A DNA stretch of 64,000 nt from Promethearchaeota archaeon. Lineage in GTDB: Archaea > Asgardarchaeota > Lokiarchaeia > Sigyniarchaeales > SOKP01. The stretch covers positions 64,001-128,000 of the forward strand of contig JBHLOY010000008.1 of NCBI GenBank assembly GCA_048939995.1, written 5' to 3'. A program made the position numbers and the translations under genes. Positions 39,327 through 49,726 of the stretch are shown here, one piece after another. Every line of letters begins with the position of its first letter. The first letter of the stretch is position 1. The notes under the pieces are model-generated. The model did not search any database, was not told the DNA's origin, and saw only the letters and a program-made list of their open reading frames with translations.

Positions 39327-41702
39327 TTGATAGGCGAATTTATTATGGTAAAGAAATCAGATTTGAAAAAGCTGAACTCTCTGATGGAAAAAGCTGAAGA
39401 GCTTAAAATTGAAAAAAAATATAATAAAGCGGTTGAGAGTTATTTAGAGGCTATAAACTTTGTTGAAGCTAAGATAAAAGAAGAGGAAAATAGAAAAGAC
39501 GAGATTGAAAACATTAAATCCCAGATCGATCAAATATATTCTGTTGAGATAATTGATATTCTGGAGAAAGCTTATTCTTATGTCAGTAATAATAATTTCA
39601 ATGATGCATTTATTGCCTTTGATGAGGCTATAAGGATCGCAGACAAAATTGAGGACGTTGATTTAAAGGAAAGTGAACTAAATGAAATAATTGCGAAAAT
39701 TGATTATTATCGATTAGAAGAATCAATTTATCAGGGAGAGAAATTAATTTCAGAAGAAAAATTCGATAACGCAATTGCTTATTTAAAAAATACACTAGAA
39801 AAAGCAGCTCAGGTTTATAAAAGCCAACCTAATCATGAGATTATCACCAGAATAAAGGATAAAATCAATCAAACGTATTCCCAACAAGTTGATATATTAG
39901 TTGAAGAGGGAAATCAATCAAATGTACTTGGAAATTCAGATTTAGCAATAAAAGTCTATGAGGATGCTCTGAAAATTACAAAAAGTTTCTTTGAATCTGA
40001 ACTAAAAAACTCCCAAGTAACAAAAATTAGAAATTTAATTAATCAAATTTATAGTAATGAAATTAAACCATTAGTTGAAAAGGGAAAACATTTCATTGAA
40101 CAGAAATATTTTGAGGATGCTGTAAAAGAATTCGAAAAGTCATTAGAGTTGGCTTACAAAATGTATGAATCTGAGCAAAAGAAAAATGTAATAAGTCAAA
40201 TAAATGAAGTAGCTGCTGATGTATTAAATCCAGTTTATGAAGAAAGATTAAAGCCGATTCTTAGTAAGGGAAAGGAATTAATTATTAAGGAAAATTATGC
40301 TGAAGATATAGTAATTGTCAATGATGCGTTAGGTTTTTTTGAAAAAGCATTAGATATCGCCAGACGTATGGCAGATTCAAAAGAAAAAACCTTAAAAGTG
40401 ACAGAAATAGAGGATCTAATCAATAAAACATGTAAGAAAAGAATTAATTTACTGAATGATAACTCTCTAAGAAAGATTGCTCAAAGAGATTTTGATGGTG
40501 CAGCAAGTGAATTATATGGGGCAATAAGTATTGCAAAAAGAATGACTATACCAGAAGACCACAATAAAGAACTTGAAAAATTAAAAGCTGATGTTAATAA
40601 AACGTACACTTCTCAAATTGAAGAAATACTTCGAGAGGGAAGAGGATTACTGGAACAGAAAGATTACGATAATGCTTTGAACATCTTTAATAAAGCTTTG
40701 GATATCACAAATAAAATGTATCTTAATGAACAAATGGAGCAAGAAGTAAACAAGATTAAAAGTTTAATTTATCAAGCTGAATTGAAACATTTAGTGGGAA
40801 GAGGCGACTTAATTGAAGAGCAGAAGAACTTCGAAAGAGAATTGGAAAAATTAAACAAAAAGATGGAATATGCTAAAACGATAGATGACTCTGAAAGAAA
40901 ATTCGAAGAAATGAATAAGATAAAAAAAGCTATTGATAAGGTGCATCATTCCGAAATTAAATTATTTATTGAACAAGCTGAACAACTTTCAGAAAAGCAT
41001 CAATTTAATGATGCTTTTGAATATTTTGAAAAAGCAATCTCTATTAATGATTTAATTGAAGATTCTGAATATAAAGATAAAATACCAATCAAGACAAAAT
41101 ATAAAAATGAACTCATCAATAAATCAAAATTAGGGGTCAAGAATAAGAATTACGAGAGTGCCATAGAAGATTGTAAAAAGGCGCTCGGTTTAGATAGTAC
41201 ATTTATAGAGGCCTATTTCTATATGGGAATCATAAATACAGAACGCCAAAATTATGATACTGCTATTCAACATTTTAAAAAAGCCTTAGATTTAAATAAA
41301 AATCATTCTAAATCATGGAACTATTTAGGTTTAGTTTATGAGAAGAAAATGGAATTAAATAATGCCATCGCTTCTTATTCTAAGGCTGTGGAGATAGAAC
41401 CTTTCTATACTGAAGCCTTCTATAATTTAGCAAATTCCTATAGATTGAAGCAAGATTATAGTAAAGCTATAGATAATTATAAAAAAGCCATTGAAATTGA
41501 ATCTGATAATGCATTGGCTTGGTTATTTTTAGGGTATACCTATATGGATAGAAAGGAATATAGTACTGCTATTGATCATATTAGTAAAGCGATAGATTTA
41601 AATCCAGAATTTGTATCCGATTTATCTCCCTTGATCAAGGAATTTAAGGAAACAATTAACAAAATAGAAAATAAATTGTCTAATAAGTTTGAGAATCGAT
41701 AA
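39327..41702 (+). CDS. Large TPR/helical-repeat protein
   Basis: Repeated A..F.KAL.I...M helical units; canonical C-terminal TPRs (AYFYMG, SWNYLG, AFYNLA, AWLFLG). Confidence 0.88.
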   Translation: MIGEFIMVKKSDLKKLNSLMEKAEELKIEKKYNKAVESYLEAINFVEAKIKEEENRKDEIENIKSQIDQIYSVEIIDILEKAYSYVSNNNFNDAFIAFDEAIRIADKIEDVDLKESELNEIIAKIDYYRLEESIYQGEKLISEEKFDNAIAYLKNTLEKAAQVYKSQPNHEIITRIKDKINQTYSQQVDILVEEGNQSNVLGNSDLAIKVYEDALKITKSFFESELKNSQVTKIRNLINQIYSNEIKPLVEKGKHFIEQKYFEDAVKEFEKSLELAYKMYESEQKKNVISQINEVAADVLNPVYEERLKPILSKGKELIIKENYAEDIVIVNDALGFFEKALDIARRMADSKEKTLKVTEIEDLINKTCKKRINLLNDNSLRKIAQRDFDGAASELYGAISIAKRMTIPEDHNKELEKLKADVNKTYTSQIEEILREGRGLLEQKDYDNALNIFNKALDITNKMYLNEQMEQEVNKIKSLIYQAELKHLVGRGDLIEEQKNFERELEKLNKKMEYAKTIDDSERKFEEMNKIKKAIDKVHHSEIKLFIEQAEQLSEKHQFNDAFEYFEKAISINDLIEDSEYKDKIPIKTKYKNELINKSKLGVKNKNYESAIEDCKKALGLDSTFIEAYFYMGIINTERQNYDTAIQHFKKALDLNKNHSKSWNYLGLVYEKKMELNNAIASYSKAVEIEPFYTEAFYNLANSYRLKQDYSKAIDNYKKAIEIESDNALAWLFLGYTYMDRKEYSTAIDHISKAIDLNPEFVSDLSPLIKEFKETINKIENKLSNKFENR

Positions 41703-41713
41703 GAAAAAAAATT

Positions 41714-41793
41714 CATAAAAAATAACTACTTTTTTTATGCTTTTTGTGATTATGTACCGAATAAGTTTTGTACAAAATATCATTTAATCACAA
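41714..41793. terminator. Two inverted repeats between convergent genes (possible bidirectional terminator)
   Basis: CATAAAAAA/TTTTTTATG and TTGTGATTA(41744-52)/TAATCACAA(41785-93) with inner TGTAC/GTACA. Confidence 0.4.
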
Positions 41794-41812
41794 GTTTGTG
41801 GTAAAAAAATAA

Positions 41813-43078
41813 TTATTTCAGCATTGCTTTAAAAAAACGGGGACCTAAAGTTATTTTTGAGAGTGTTGGAAGTGCGTTAAATAGGCATTCTCCTACATAA
41901 CGATCTTTATCTGTATCGTATTTTGAAAGGTCTTGGATTGTATGGGCTTCATAAACATACCTTCTAACAGTTTTGTTTGTAAGAAGAAGATTTGTATACT
42001 CATTCCAGAGAGATTTCACATAAGAGCTCCCACTATAAAATAAATATTCACAAGCATCTCCGTTTCTGAAATAACCTTTAAGTAAAACTCGGGCTATTTC
42101 CTGATCGTATTTAGCCAATTCTGCTTTAGTTAAATTACTGTTTTTCTCAAAAAGGGGTTTTACTACATCGTTCGCAATTTGAGCACATAACAACCCACAT
42201 AAAATACCTTCATAAAAGTATGATGTTACTAACCCAGCAGCTTCACCTAAGATAATTACCCTGTCTTTTGTAAATGATTTTATAGGGTGTTTTGAGATTG
42301 AACCGCTAACGAAATCACTTTTATTCCATTTTAATCCATGTAAATATTTTTCTACTTTTTTGTAATTATGCAAGATACGATCTAACTTATCAATTAGTTC
42401 ACTATGCGATTCTTTATTTCCCAAGTAGCCTGTAGAAATCCTTCCTTTTCCTACATTAAAGAAAAATGGACCATTTGGACTTATATTTGGGTTTAGGTGG
42501 AACATATATTGAAAATTGAAATTATCATTAAGTAATGTCTCATCAGCCCAAATATTAGTGTATATCCCCATAAAGGAGTCTGGAATCTCGAATCCTAAAG
42601 ACTGCTGTAGATTAAAAGCACGTGAGCCTGTAGCTAAAACTAATAGCTTTGTTTTATAAGATTCAGCTTTATTATTGATTAATTCAATGTAATCATTATG
42701 CTTATTAACTCTTTTAATTTTTTCATCGTAATGCGGTATACCTCCTCTACTTTCAAAGCTTTCAAGAAGTTTTTCAATGAAAATTTCTGTATGTGATATC
42801 TTTCCTAAAGGACTCCCGAACTCTTTTGAATTTAATAACCCATCATACTTTTCGCTTTTATAATTCAATTGAAGAAACGCTCTAGGAAAAATTGATTCAT
42901 CATTCCAAAACTTATCTTCAATAAAAGGTTTATTATGTTCAGCAAATATGTTAGTCCTTTTTGGAATTTCTTCATTATAATCTTGTGCCTCAATAAGAAG
43001 TGTTTTTGCAAAGTGAGATACTTTATTCGCAAAAGACGCACCGGATGTACCAGCACCAATGACGATTACATCATACAT
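41813..43078 (-). CDS. FAD-dependent oxidoreductase, geranylgeranyl-reductase-like
   Basis: YDVIVIGAGTSG Rossmann motif; LATG; LGEAAGLV...EGI. Confidence 0.8.
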   Translation of the reverse strand: MYDVIVIGAGTSGASFANKVSHFAKTLLIEAQDYNEEIPKRTNIFAEHNKPFIEDKFWNDESIFPRAFLQLNYKSEKYDGLLNSKEFGSPLGKISHTEIFIEKLLESFESRGGIPHYDEKIKRVNKHNDYIELINNKAESYKTKLLVLATGSRAFNLQQSLGFEIPDSFMGIYTNIWADETLLNDNFNFQYMFHLNPNISPNGPFFFNVGKGRISTGYLGNKESHSELIDKLDRILHNYKKVEKYLHGLKWNKSDFVSGSISKHPIKSFTKDRVIILGEAAGLVTSYFYEGILCGLLCAQIANDVVKPLFEKNSNLTKAELAKYDQEIARVLLKGYFRNGDACEYLFYSGSSYVKSLWNEYTNLLLTNKTVRRYVYEAHTIQDLSKYDTDKDRYVGECLFNALPTLSKITLGPRFFKAMLK

Positions 43079-43126
43079 ATTAAGAGTTTAAATTATTAAC
43101 CATAAAAAAATATTATTTTTCTATTA

Positions 43127-43879
43127 TCATATGATATTTTCAATTGTTTTGGAAATTTTATATAAATTGACTTCTGCCATTCCTAGTGGTACTGAAGATT
43201 CAAATAGAACCACAATTAACAAAGGATCTAACTTCCATGGGATTTTCACAATTTTCGAAAATATTTTTTGGTTATTATCTAAACTATAGAAGGTTGTGTT
43301 GAAATCGCTGGCGACCATATATCGAATCTCTAATTCTTTTAATGAGGATAAGAGAATCTCTTGGGGAAGGGAAGAATAAATTACTTTTCCATTAATCGCA
43401 AAAAGAGCCGCTCCAAGAATTTCATTTTCAAATATAAGCGTTTTTATCATCTCAACTATTTTTCTATAGAGCGCTTGACTTGCGGTAATCTCTTCCTCAC
43501 CAGTAATCATTAAATCTATTTTTGAATCAAAATCGGGATTATCGATTTGTTCATATTCTTCAATATCATTTTCCGCTAAAAAAGTGTCAAATACTCTCGC
43601 TATGCCATTTAATCTAGAATTTATGAATAACAGACTAGCACTTGAATCTGCTAAGATTGCAAAAATATGCTCTATTTCAGTTTTAAATACAAACCTAAAA
43701 CCTCCCATTTCAAGGACTTCCGGAGTTTTCTTTGAAATTACAGACTGAGAAAACGAAAAGATTGCGGAAAAGAAAGGAGTAATTAAATTGGGCTCAATAT
43801 TCTCGAAATCACCTGTAAAGTTCCGACTATATATACATGCTCCGCTTTTCGTTAAAATGAACAATGAATGAATTTTCAT
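43127..43879 (-). CDS. Longin + roadblock/profilin-like two-domain protein
   Basis: MKIHSLFILTKSGACIYSRNF...NLITPFFSAIFSFSQ longin; EILGAALFAINGKVIYSSLP second domain. Confidence 0.75.
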   Translation of the reverse strand: MKIHSLFILTKSGACIYSRNFTGDFENIEPNLITPFFSAIFSFSQSVISKKTPEVLEMGGFRFVFKTEIEHIFAILADSSASLLFINSRLNGIARVFDTFLAENDIEEYEQIDNPDFDSKIDLMITGEEEITASQALYRKIVEMIKTLIFENEILGAALFAINGKVIYSSLPQEILLSSLKELEIRYMVASDFNTTFYSLDNNQKIFSKIVKIPWKLDPLLIVVLFESSVPLGMAEVNLYKISKTIENII

Positions 43880-43980
43880 TAACCTTAAACACTCCTATAA
43901 ATGCATTTAAAGAAATATAGGTTTATAAGTATTTTTAGAAAAAGCTATTGAGATAATATATTTCAAAATGATTTTTATTC

Positions 43981-44529
43981 TTAAAATTCTAAAATTTTCC
44001 CCATTTCAAGTCTTACCTCATGACGATCAATATCATTATTAGAATACGCAATTAAATCAAAACCAGTAAAAGTATATCCATAATTTAAGTAGAATTGAAT
44101 AGCAGTATAATTTGAACTTTGGCACTCCAACACAATCGCCCTACAATTCCACTCTACTGCGCGTTTTTCAGCAAACTTTAATAATTTTTCACCAAACCCT
44201 TTTCGTTGTGATTCTTCATTTATAGAAATATCCCATATTCTGGCAGTATTATTCCAAGACTGTTTACCCACTACTATTAATCCAATTTCTTTTCCATTGT
44301 CATTAAATGCTATATAATATTCTGCCCCTTCTTTATATTTTTGAAAGATATCCCCCTCAGAATACTTTGTAAATGTACTTGGAAATTGTGTTTTTTGTAA
44401 ATCGATTGACCATCCACTATTCTTCTTTTTTTCTTTAACTGAAATATCGTAATAAAATTTCGAATAGTATTGGAATATATCTTTCTTATTGTTCGGAAAG
44501 TCTTTTTCGAAAATCTGTATTATTTTAAT
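43981..44529 (-). CDS. GNAT acetyltransferase, streptothricin-acetyltransferase-like (probable ATT start)
   Basis: WNNTARIWDI...QRKGFG...LECQSSN..AIQFY. The frame is open about 86 codons upstream of the track start, back to an SD GGGTGAT followed by ATT. Confidence 0.8.
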   Translation of the reverse strand: MKIIQIFEKDFPNNKKDIFQYYSKFYYDISVKEKKKNSGWSIDLQKTQFPSTFTKYSEGDIFQKYKEGAEYYIAFNDNGKEIGLIVVGKQSWNNTARIWDISINEESQRKGFGEKLLKFAEKRAVEWNCRAIVLECQSSNYTAIQFYLNYGYTFTGFDLIAYSNNDIDRHEVRLEMGKILEF

Positions 44530-44536
44530 AAATTGA

Positions 44537-45397
44537 TCACCCAGATAATTTATTAGATTTTAAGATTCTTTCAAATTGATTTTTTATTTCGCTCCATGAC
44601 GCCATTCGTTTAATTAACGGCTTATCATTCATAATCACTCCTCGAGAAATACCGTACTTTTTAATTATTTCTTTGTTGTCTGTATTTATTAAATTTAAAT
44701 TAATATTTGGATAGTTCTTTAGATTTCTTTTAATATCATCGACCATAAAACAGTTCCATGGACATTGACTATTCAGAAAAAGATTAAGGCCGCTAATCGA
44801 ATTTAATTTCTGATATTTTATTAGAGAGGGAGCTGCTTTTGAGCCTAAATCTAAATAAAGAAGAACTCTCTCATCCTCACGATCGACTTCTTTAAATCCA
44901 AATTTTTGAAAAAATTGTGATGGCATGTACTTTATTGTTGTTCCGAACCATTTCTCATTATCATACGCTAAAACGCTAATTCCTCCAACTTTTTTCGCCC
45001 GTTCAATCAATCTTTTTATTAATGCTTTCCCAACTCCTTTATTCCAGAATGCTGGTAAAATCCAGATACAATTGATAAATAAGGAATCCTTACCCTCAAG
45101 GGGTTCTAATGCAAATTCAATTGGAATACTTTCAATGAGTCCCATGGGTACATAACCTTTTATAGCAAGGTCTGAATGACGCATTTTACCAGCCCATTTG
45201 TAATAAATTATTTCATTTTTAGGCGTATCAAGAGCTAAAAGGATTTCTAAACCAAATCTCATCATTTTCTTTATCCATGATATTCTTTGCTCCATACAGT
45301 TTTTCATCACTTTCTTTAATCCCTTCCCTACACTTGGGTCCATACAAATAGCAGGGATGAATACTAATTCATCTTCAGAGACAATTTTTATTTCCAA
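44537..45397 (-). CDS. GNAT acetyltransferase with YoaP-like C-terminus
   Basis: INCIWI...WNKGVGKALI; SQCPW; FFQKFGFKEVD. Confidence 0.82.
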   Translation of the reverse strand: MEIKIVSEDELVFIPAICMDPSVGKGLKKVMKNCMEQRISWIKKMMRFGLEILLALDTPKNEIIYYKWAGKMRHSDLAIKGYVPMGLIESIPIEFALEPLEGKDSLFINCIWILPAFWNKGVGKALIKRLIERAKKVGGISVLAYDNEKWFGTTIKYMPSQFFQKFGFKEVDREDERVLLYLDLGSKAAPSLIKYQKLNSISGLNLFLNSQCPWNCFMVDDIKRNLKNYPNINLNLINTDNKEIIKKYGISRGVIMNDKPLIKRMASWSEIKNQFERILKSNKLSG

Positions 45398-45647
45398 GAT
45401 TAATTACCTTGATAATTTGAATGTGATTAATTTTTTATATAATTTTTTTTCTAACAATTATTAATCATAAGTACGCTGAAAATATCTTAATATCGTATAT
45501 TTATAAGTAATTTGTGCAAATTTTCATGTTTTACCCTTAAGTTAGGATTTTTTTTTCACAATAAAGACATTTAAATATATTAGATGACTTTTTCAATTAA
45601 AAAAAGGTTATGAAATAGTAACGCACAACCTTTAAAACCAAAAAAAA

Positions 45648-46070
45648 TTGGAGAAGAGAATGTCTAAAGACGAGATAAAACAAATACGGCTTAAAAAGGC
45701 TGAAATGCTATTGAAATCACAGAATATGCCAAAACAGATAATTAAAGTTCATTCAATTGAGGATTTTGATGCTTTATTAAAAGATTATCCTGAAAAAGTA
45801 ATAATCATAGATTTCTGGGCCATTTGGTGTGGACCTTGCATGATGTTTGCTCCTATATTTGAGAAATTACAAAAAGAACATGCAAATGAATTCATATTCG
45901 TAAAAGTAAATGTGGATGAAAACCCATCAATTGCACAGAGATATAGGATAACTGGTATTCCAACCACCCTTTTTATACAAAATGAGAAACAAGTGCATAA
46001 GATAGCAGGAGCTGTAAATCAAGAATACATGGAACGTGTTCTTGAAAAACTTAAATCATTTTCTAAATAG
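45648..46070 (+). CDS. trxA: Thioredoxin
   Basis: DFWAIWCGPC; KVNVDEN; GIPT. Confidence 0.93.
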   Translation: MEKRMSKDEIKQIRLKKAEMLLKSQNMPKQIIKVHSIEDFDALLKDYPEKVIIIDFWAIWCGPCMMFAPIFEKLQKEHANEFIFVKVNVDENPSIAQRYRITGIPTTLFIQNEKQVHKIAGAVNQEYMERVLEKLKSFSK

Positions 46071-46115
46071 GTTTATTTTTTATTTTTTTTAATTTTATAA
46101 TGAGGATAAAAAACC

Positions 46116-46556
46116 ATGGAAAGCATTATTGAGCAATTAGATGAAAAAGAAGTATTTCGAAGTGAAAAATTATTTAAATGTATTCTTGGATTAAATGAAA
46201 TCCAAGCAAATGTATTTTCCTATATTCTGAAGCATGAAAATGTGAGTACAATGGAATTGAAAGAAGTTTTGGATAAAGATAGAAGCTCAATTCAAAAGGC
46301 ACTAGGAGAATTAATTAAGTTAAAAATTATTAGTAGAAATTCATTTTCATTGAAGGATTATTTCGAGGCTAAGGGAATCAGTAATGAAACTAATGATAAA
46401 AGGGGTTATATTTACTTGTATAGCGCAAAAGATATAAATGAGATTAAAGTGGAATTTAAAGATTTATTAGATAAATGGTATCACTCTATGGTTAACTATA
46501 TTAATGATCTAGATAGTTTATTTGATTGCTATGAAATAGATGGAAAACTTTGTTAA
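46116..46556 (+). CDS. TrmB-like HTH transcriptional regulator
   Basis: KCILGLNEIQ...ELKEVLDKDRSSIQKAL..L...GYIYLY. Confidence 0.82.
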   Translation: MESIIEQLDEKEVFRSEKLFKCILGLNEIQANVFSYILKHENVSTMELKEVLDKDRSSIQKALGELIKLKIISRNSFSLKDYFEAKGISNETNDKRGYIYLYSAKDINEIKVEFKDLLDKWYHSMVNYINDLDSLFDCYEIDGKLC

Positions 46557-46612
46557 GTTGAAATAACAGAAATAAATTTTTGAATTTATATTTAAATAGA
46601 AAATAAGAGAAA

Positions 46613-46972
46613 TTATAAATATATACTTAATTTATCGATATCATCCCTTAATTTAGAAATTCTTCTTAATTGCTCTTCTTCTTTATCTACTCCTTGCAAG
46701 TCTTCTTCTGAACTTGTTCGTTCATCTTCATATGCTTGTTCAACCATCATTCCATATCTAATTGCGTAAGCAACTAACTCAGGTATTAATGATATCATAC
46801 TTTTAAAAGTAAAAATCCCACTTAAAGTACTTAAGATATTGATCATTTCTCCGAAAGGGTCAATCTCAATTTTAGGCTTCTTCATTAACTCCATTATCTT
46901 TCGAAATAGAATTTCATAAAATAGTTCAAGTTCTTCTCTATTGAGTTTAAATTCTTCCTCTTCTTCACCCAT
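46613..46972 (-). CDS. Hypothetical acidic protein
   Basis: 119-aa ORF, SD AAGGTG upstream. Confidence 0.65.
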   Translation of the reverse strand: MGEEEEEFKLNREELELFYEILFRKIMELMKKPKIEIDPFGEMINILSTLSGIFTFKSMISLIPELVAYAIRYGMMVEQAYEDERTSSEEDLQGVDKEEEQLRRISKLRDDIDKLSIYL

Positions 46973-47121
46973 TATTCACACCTTTAAATTAACAAAATTT
47001 TAGTTTCTAGTGAAAAATTAAATTAAAAAATGCATTTATTTCTTTTACTTTATTTCACATAAATTTAAAAATTTTCTAAAAAAGCTCTAAATATATTACA
47101 ATAATTTACTTAAAATAACAA

Positions 47122-47934
47122 ATGTCTTTTAATCCAGAAAAAACCGAATTGCGAATTGTAAGAAATCTACTCTATAATATCATAATTCTGCTTATCGTCT
47201 TTTTTTGGTTTTTTCGCTCTACCTATGATAACCTCTCTGGCTCATACATATTATCCTTTTTAATAATAAGTTCTATTACATTATCATTTATTTACAATAT
47301 TAAAAAAGGATGTAAAAATTCTGTTAAAATCTTTCATCTAATTCTATTTTTGATACCAATCTCTTTTATTATTGAATTAATTTATGTTTATGAACCATTC
47401 ACGTCAGCTATCTTTATTTCATTTTACAATTTGATTGGAATCAGACATAATCATGATATTTTTTTGATTACTCTCTATTTTGCTTTAACAGTATTGAAAG
47501 TTCTCCCTATCAAATTATTTTATAATAGAATTATTAAATTAAACGAGAAAAACAGATTTGATGATTTTTTTGAGTATTTTGCGAAGGACTTTAATAGAAA
47601 TAAACTCATTCTTATAATTCTTCTGCTTCCTCTAGCGGCATTTATTGAAGAATTTATTTTTCGAAGTTTATTGTTAACTGTTTTAGTAAATTATCTCAAC
47701 TGGAATAATATTATTGCAGTTCTATTTATATCTCTTGTCTTTGGATTTAGTCATTATTCTTCCTCGAAAAATTGGTTACATTTTCTTTCAACTACCTTTT
47801 CCTCTATAATATATTTTTTGGCTTTAATCCAATTAGGTTTATTATATCCTTGGTTATTACATTTAACCACAAATAGTCTTGCGTTATTATTTTTCTATCA
47901 AAATAACAAATTAAAAACTAAGGAGAATACTTAA
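47122..47934 (+). CDS. CPBP/CAAX intramembrane metalloprotease
   Basis: EEFIFR, FGFSH, LHLTTN motifs. Confidence 0.88.
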   Translation: MSFNPEKTELRIVRNLLYNIIILLIVFFWFFRSTYDNLSGSYILSFLIISSITLSFIYNIKKGCKNSVKIFHLILFLIPISFIIELIYVYEPFTSAIFISFYNLIGIRHNHDIFLITLYFALTVLKVLPIKLFYNRIIKLNEKNRFDDFFEYFAKDFNRNKLILIILLLPLAAFIEEFIFRSLLLTVLVNYLNWNNIIAVLFISLVFGFSHYSSSKNWLHFLSTTFSSIIYFLALIQLGLLYPWLLHLTTNSLALLFFYQNNKLKTKENT

Positions 47935-47941
47935 ATTATTT

Positions 47942-49726
47942 TTAATGATAAAGATAAAGAAATCTCTCCAAATAATAAAGAAAAATTTGAGTGTAATATC
48001 CTGGAAAATAAAAATCGCAACCATGTCCTCCTAACGGCATCCATAAAATTGCACATTCATCATTTTCATGTGATAAATAAATATTCTGGATATTTGTTGC
48101 TATGCTGAAATAATTCAAAATATCATGAGTCCCTTGGAAAATTAGACAAGGGGGGCTATCATTATTAATTAAATTTTCTGGATTTTTGAATTCTTCTTTA
48201 CCGTCTATTCCGAACCATTGCATTGCTCCATTCGCGGGATAATATGGTATCATTCCTTTTACTATAATACTTGGACTAAAAATATCGGTATAATTTCCGC
48301 TTGCTATTGCTAATGCGACAGCGCATGTAAGATGTCCTCCCGAAGACCCACCTGTTATAAACACAGAATCTAAACTAGCACCATACTCAAGGGCATGATT
48401 ATCCAGATAATAAGTAAAATTCCCAATATGTTGCATCATATCATCAATATTGAAATCTCCTTTTGTATACTTTGGAGTAATTGGATCTATTGGAGTTAAA
48501 AAGGTATCAAATAATCCATACTGAATATCAAATACAATATATCCTTGTGCTGCTAAGTATTTATTAAATGGTATCATATCTGATCCCCCTTTATCTCCTA
48601 AAATCCAACCACCACCATGGATACGAATTATAGTCGAATTTTGTCCAGGAAGGTTCCTCCCATTATTTAATGGCATGTAAGCATCAAAATAAAGATTAAC
48701 ACCTTCATTACTATAAAAAAGGATGTTTTCTTTTACGATACAGTCCTCGGCAGGGATTCCAAGGAAGTAGCTTGAAGTTGAAAAAGGCGTTTTTAGAAAA
48801 AAGTCATTTATATTCGTAGGAATTCTATTACGCCAATCATATCCAAAAGCAGTTGAAAAATTATTATGGGCGGAATAAGTTGTTACATGAGTTAAAAATA
48901 ATGGTAGAAGCATAACAAATGCAACAACAAGACCCATAATTGTTTTTCGTTTGAATTTTTTGGGAGACCATTTATTTCTCTTTAATTTTATTAAAATAAG
49001 TGTATTTATTAGAAAGATTAATGAAAAAAATGCTCCAAATTGAGCAGAAAACATAGCAAAAATAGTGGTGACTATTTCAAATGACCCAAATATAGTGACA
49101 AAAGCACATAATATTCCAATATAGAAGGTAATATTACTTAAAATAGTAAGAATTTTCTTTAAAATCCTCTTAGTCCGCATTTTTCTTTTAGATGGAAATC
49201 GTGTTTTATTCCTATTAGAGTTCCAAAGCTTCTCATTTTTAATGTTTAGAATATCGAATAAGGCAATAAAAAAGTTAAATCCAAACAAACTGAAGTAACA
49301 AAAATAGACTAAGAAATAGCCAAATCCACTAAATATGCTTAGTGGGCGATAACTTGAATAAATAAGTAGATTACCACCCATTATCCCCAATACTGCGATG
49401 ATCACAAAACCTAGATAGATATAACAGATCAGGTTTAGTTTTTTCCCTAATCTTAAGGTCTTATTTACTTTAATTGAGTTAATATATACTAATAATCCAT
49501 TGAGAAATAGCGTAATAATAATTAAGATGCCTAATAAATCCCAGAATACATTATATATTGGAAAGATCAAATAAAAAATTCCAGAAATAAGACAAATAGG
49601 ATTTAAAATAATTGAAAAGAAACTAACTCTTTTAATCGTAAAAAAAGCTACAAGATTTTCAACTAATATTCTTGTACTTTTTAATTTGAACTCTATTTGA
49701 ATTAAAGATGGCTGTTCCATCTGCAA
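47942..49726 (-). CDS. Membrane-anchored alpha/beta hydrolase (HSL-like esterase)
   Basis: N-terminal TM bundle; HGGGW, GGSSGG, GTHD, GGHG. Confidence 0.85.
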   Translation of the reverse strand: MQMEQPSLIQIEFKLKSTRILVENLVAFFTIKRVSFFSIILNPICLISGIFYLIFPIYNVFWDLLGILIIITLFLNGLLVYINSIKVNKTLRLGKKLNLICYIYLGFVIIAVLGIMGGNLLIYSSYRPLSIFSGFGYFLVYFCYFSLFGFNFFIALFDILNIKNEKLWNSNRNKTRFPSKRKMRTKRILKKILTILSNITFYIGILCAFVTIFGSFEIVTTIFAMFSAQFGAFFSLIFLINTLILIKLKRNKWSPKKFKRKTIMGLVVAFVMLLPLFLTHVTTYSAHNNFSTAFGYDWRNRIPTNINDFFLKTPFSTSSYFLGIPAEDCIVKENILFYSNEGVNLYFDAYMPLNNGRNLPGQNSTIIRIHGGGWILGDKGGSDMIPFNKYLAAQGYIVFDIQYGLFDTFLTPIDPITPKYTKGDFNIDDMMQHIGNFTYYLDNHALEYGASLDSVFITGGSSGGHLTCAVALAIASGNYTDIFSPSIIVKGMIPYYPANGAMQWFGIDGKEEFKNPENLINNDSPPCLIFQGTHDILNYFSIATNIQNIYLSHENDECAILWMPLGGHGCDFYFPGYYTQIFLYYLERFLYLYH

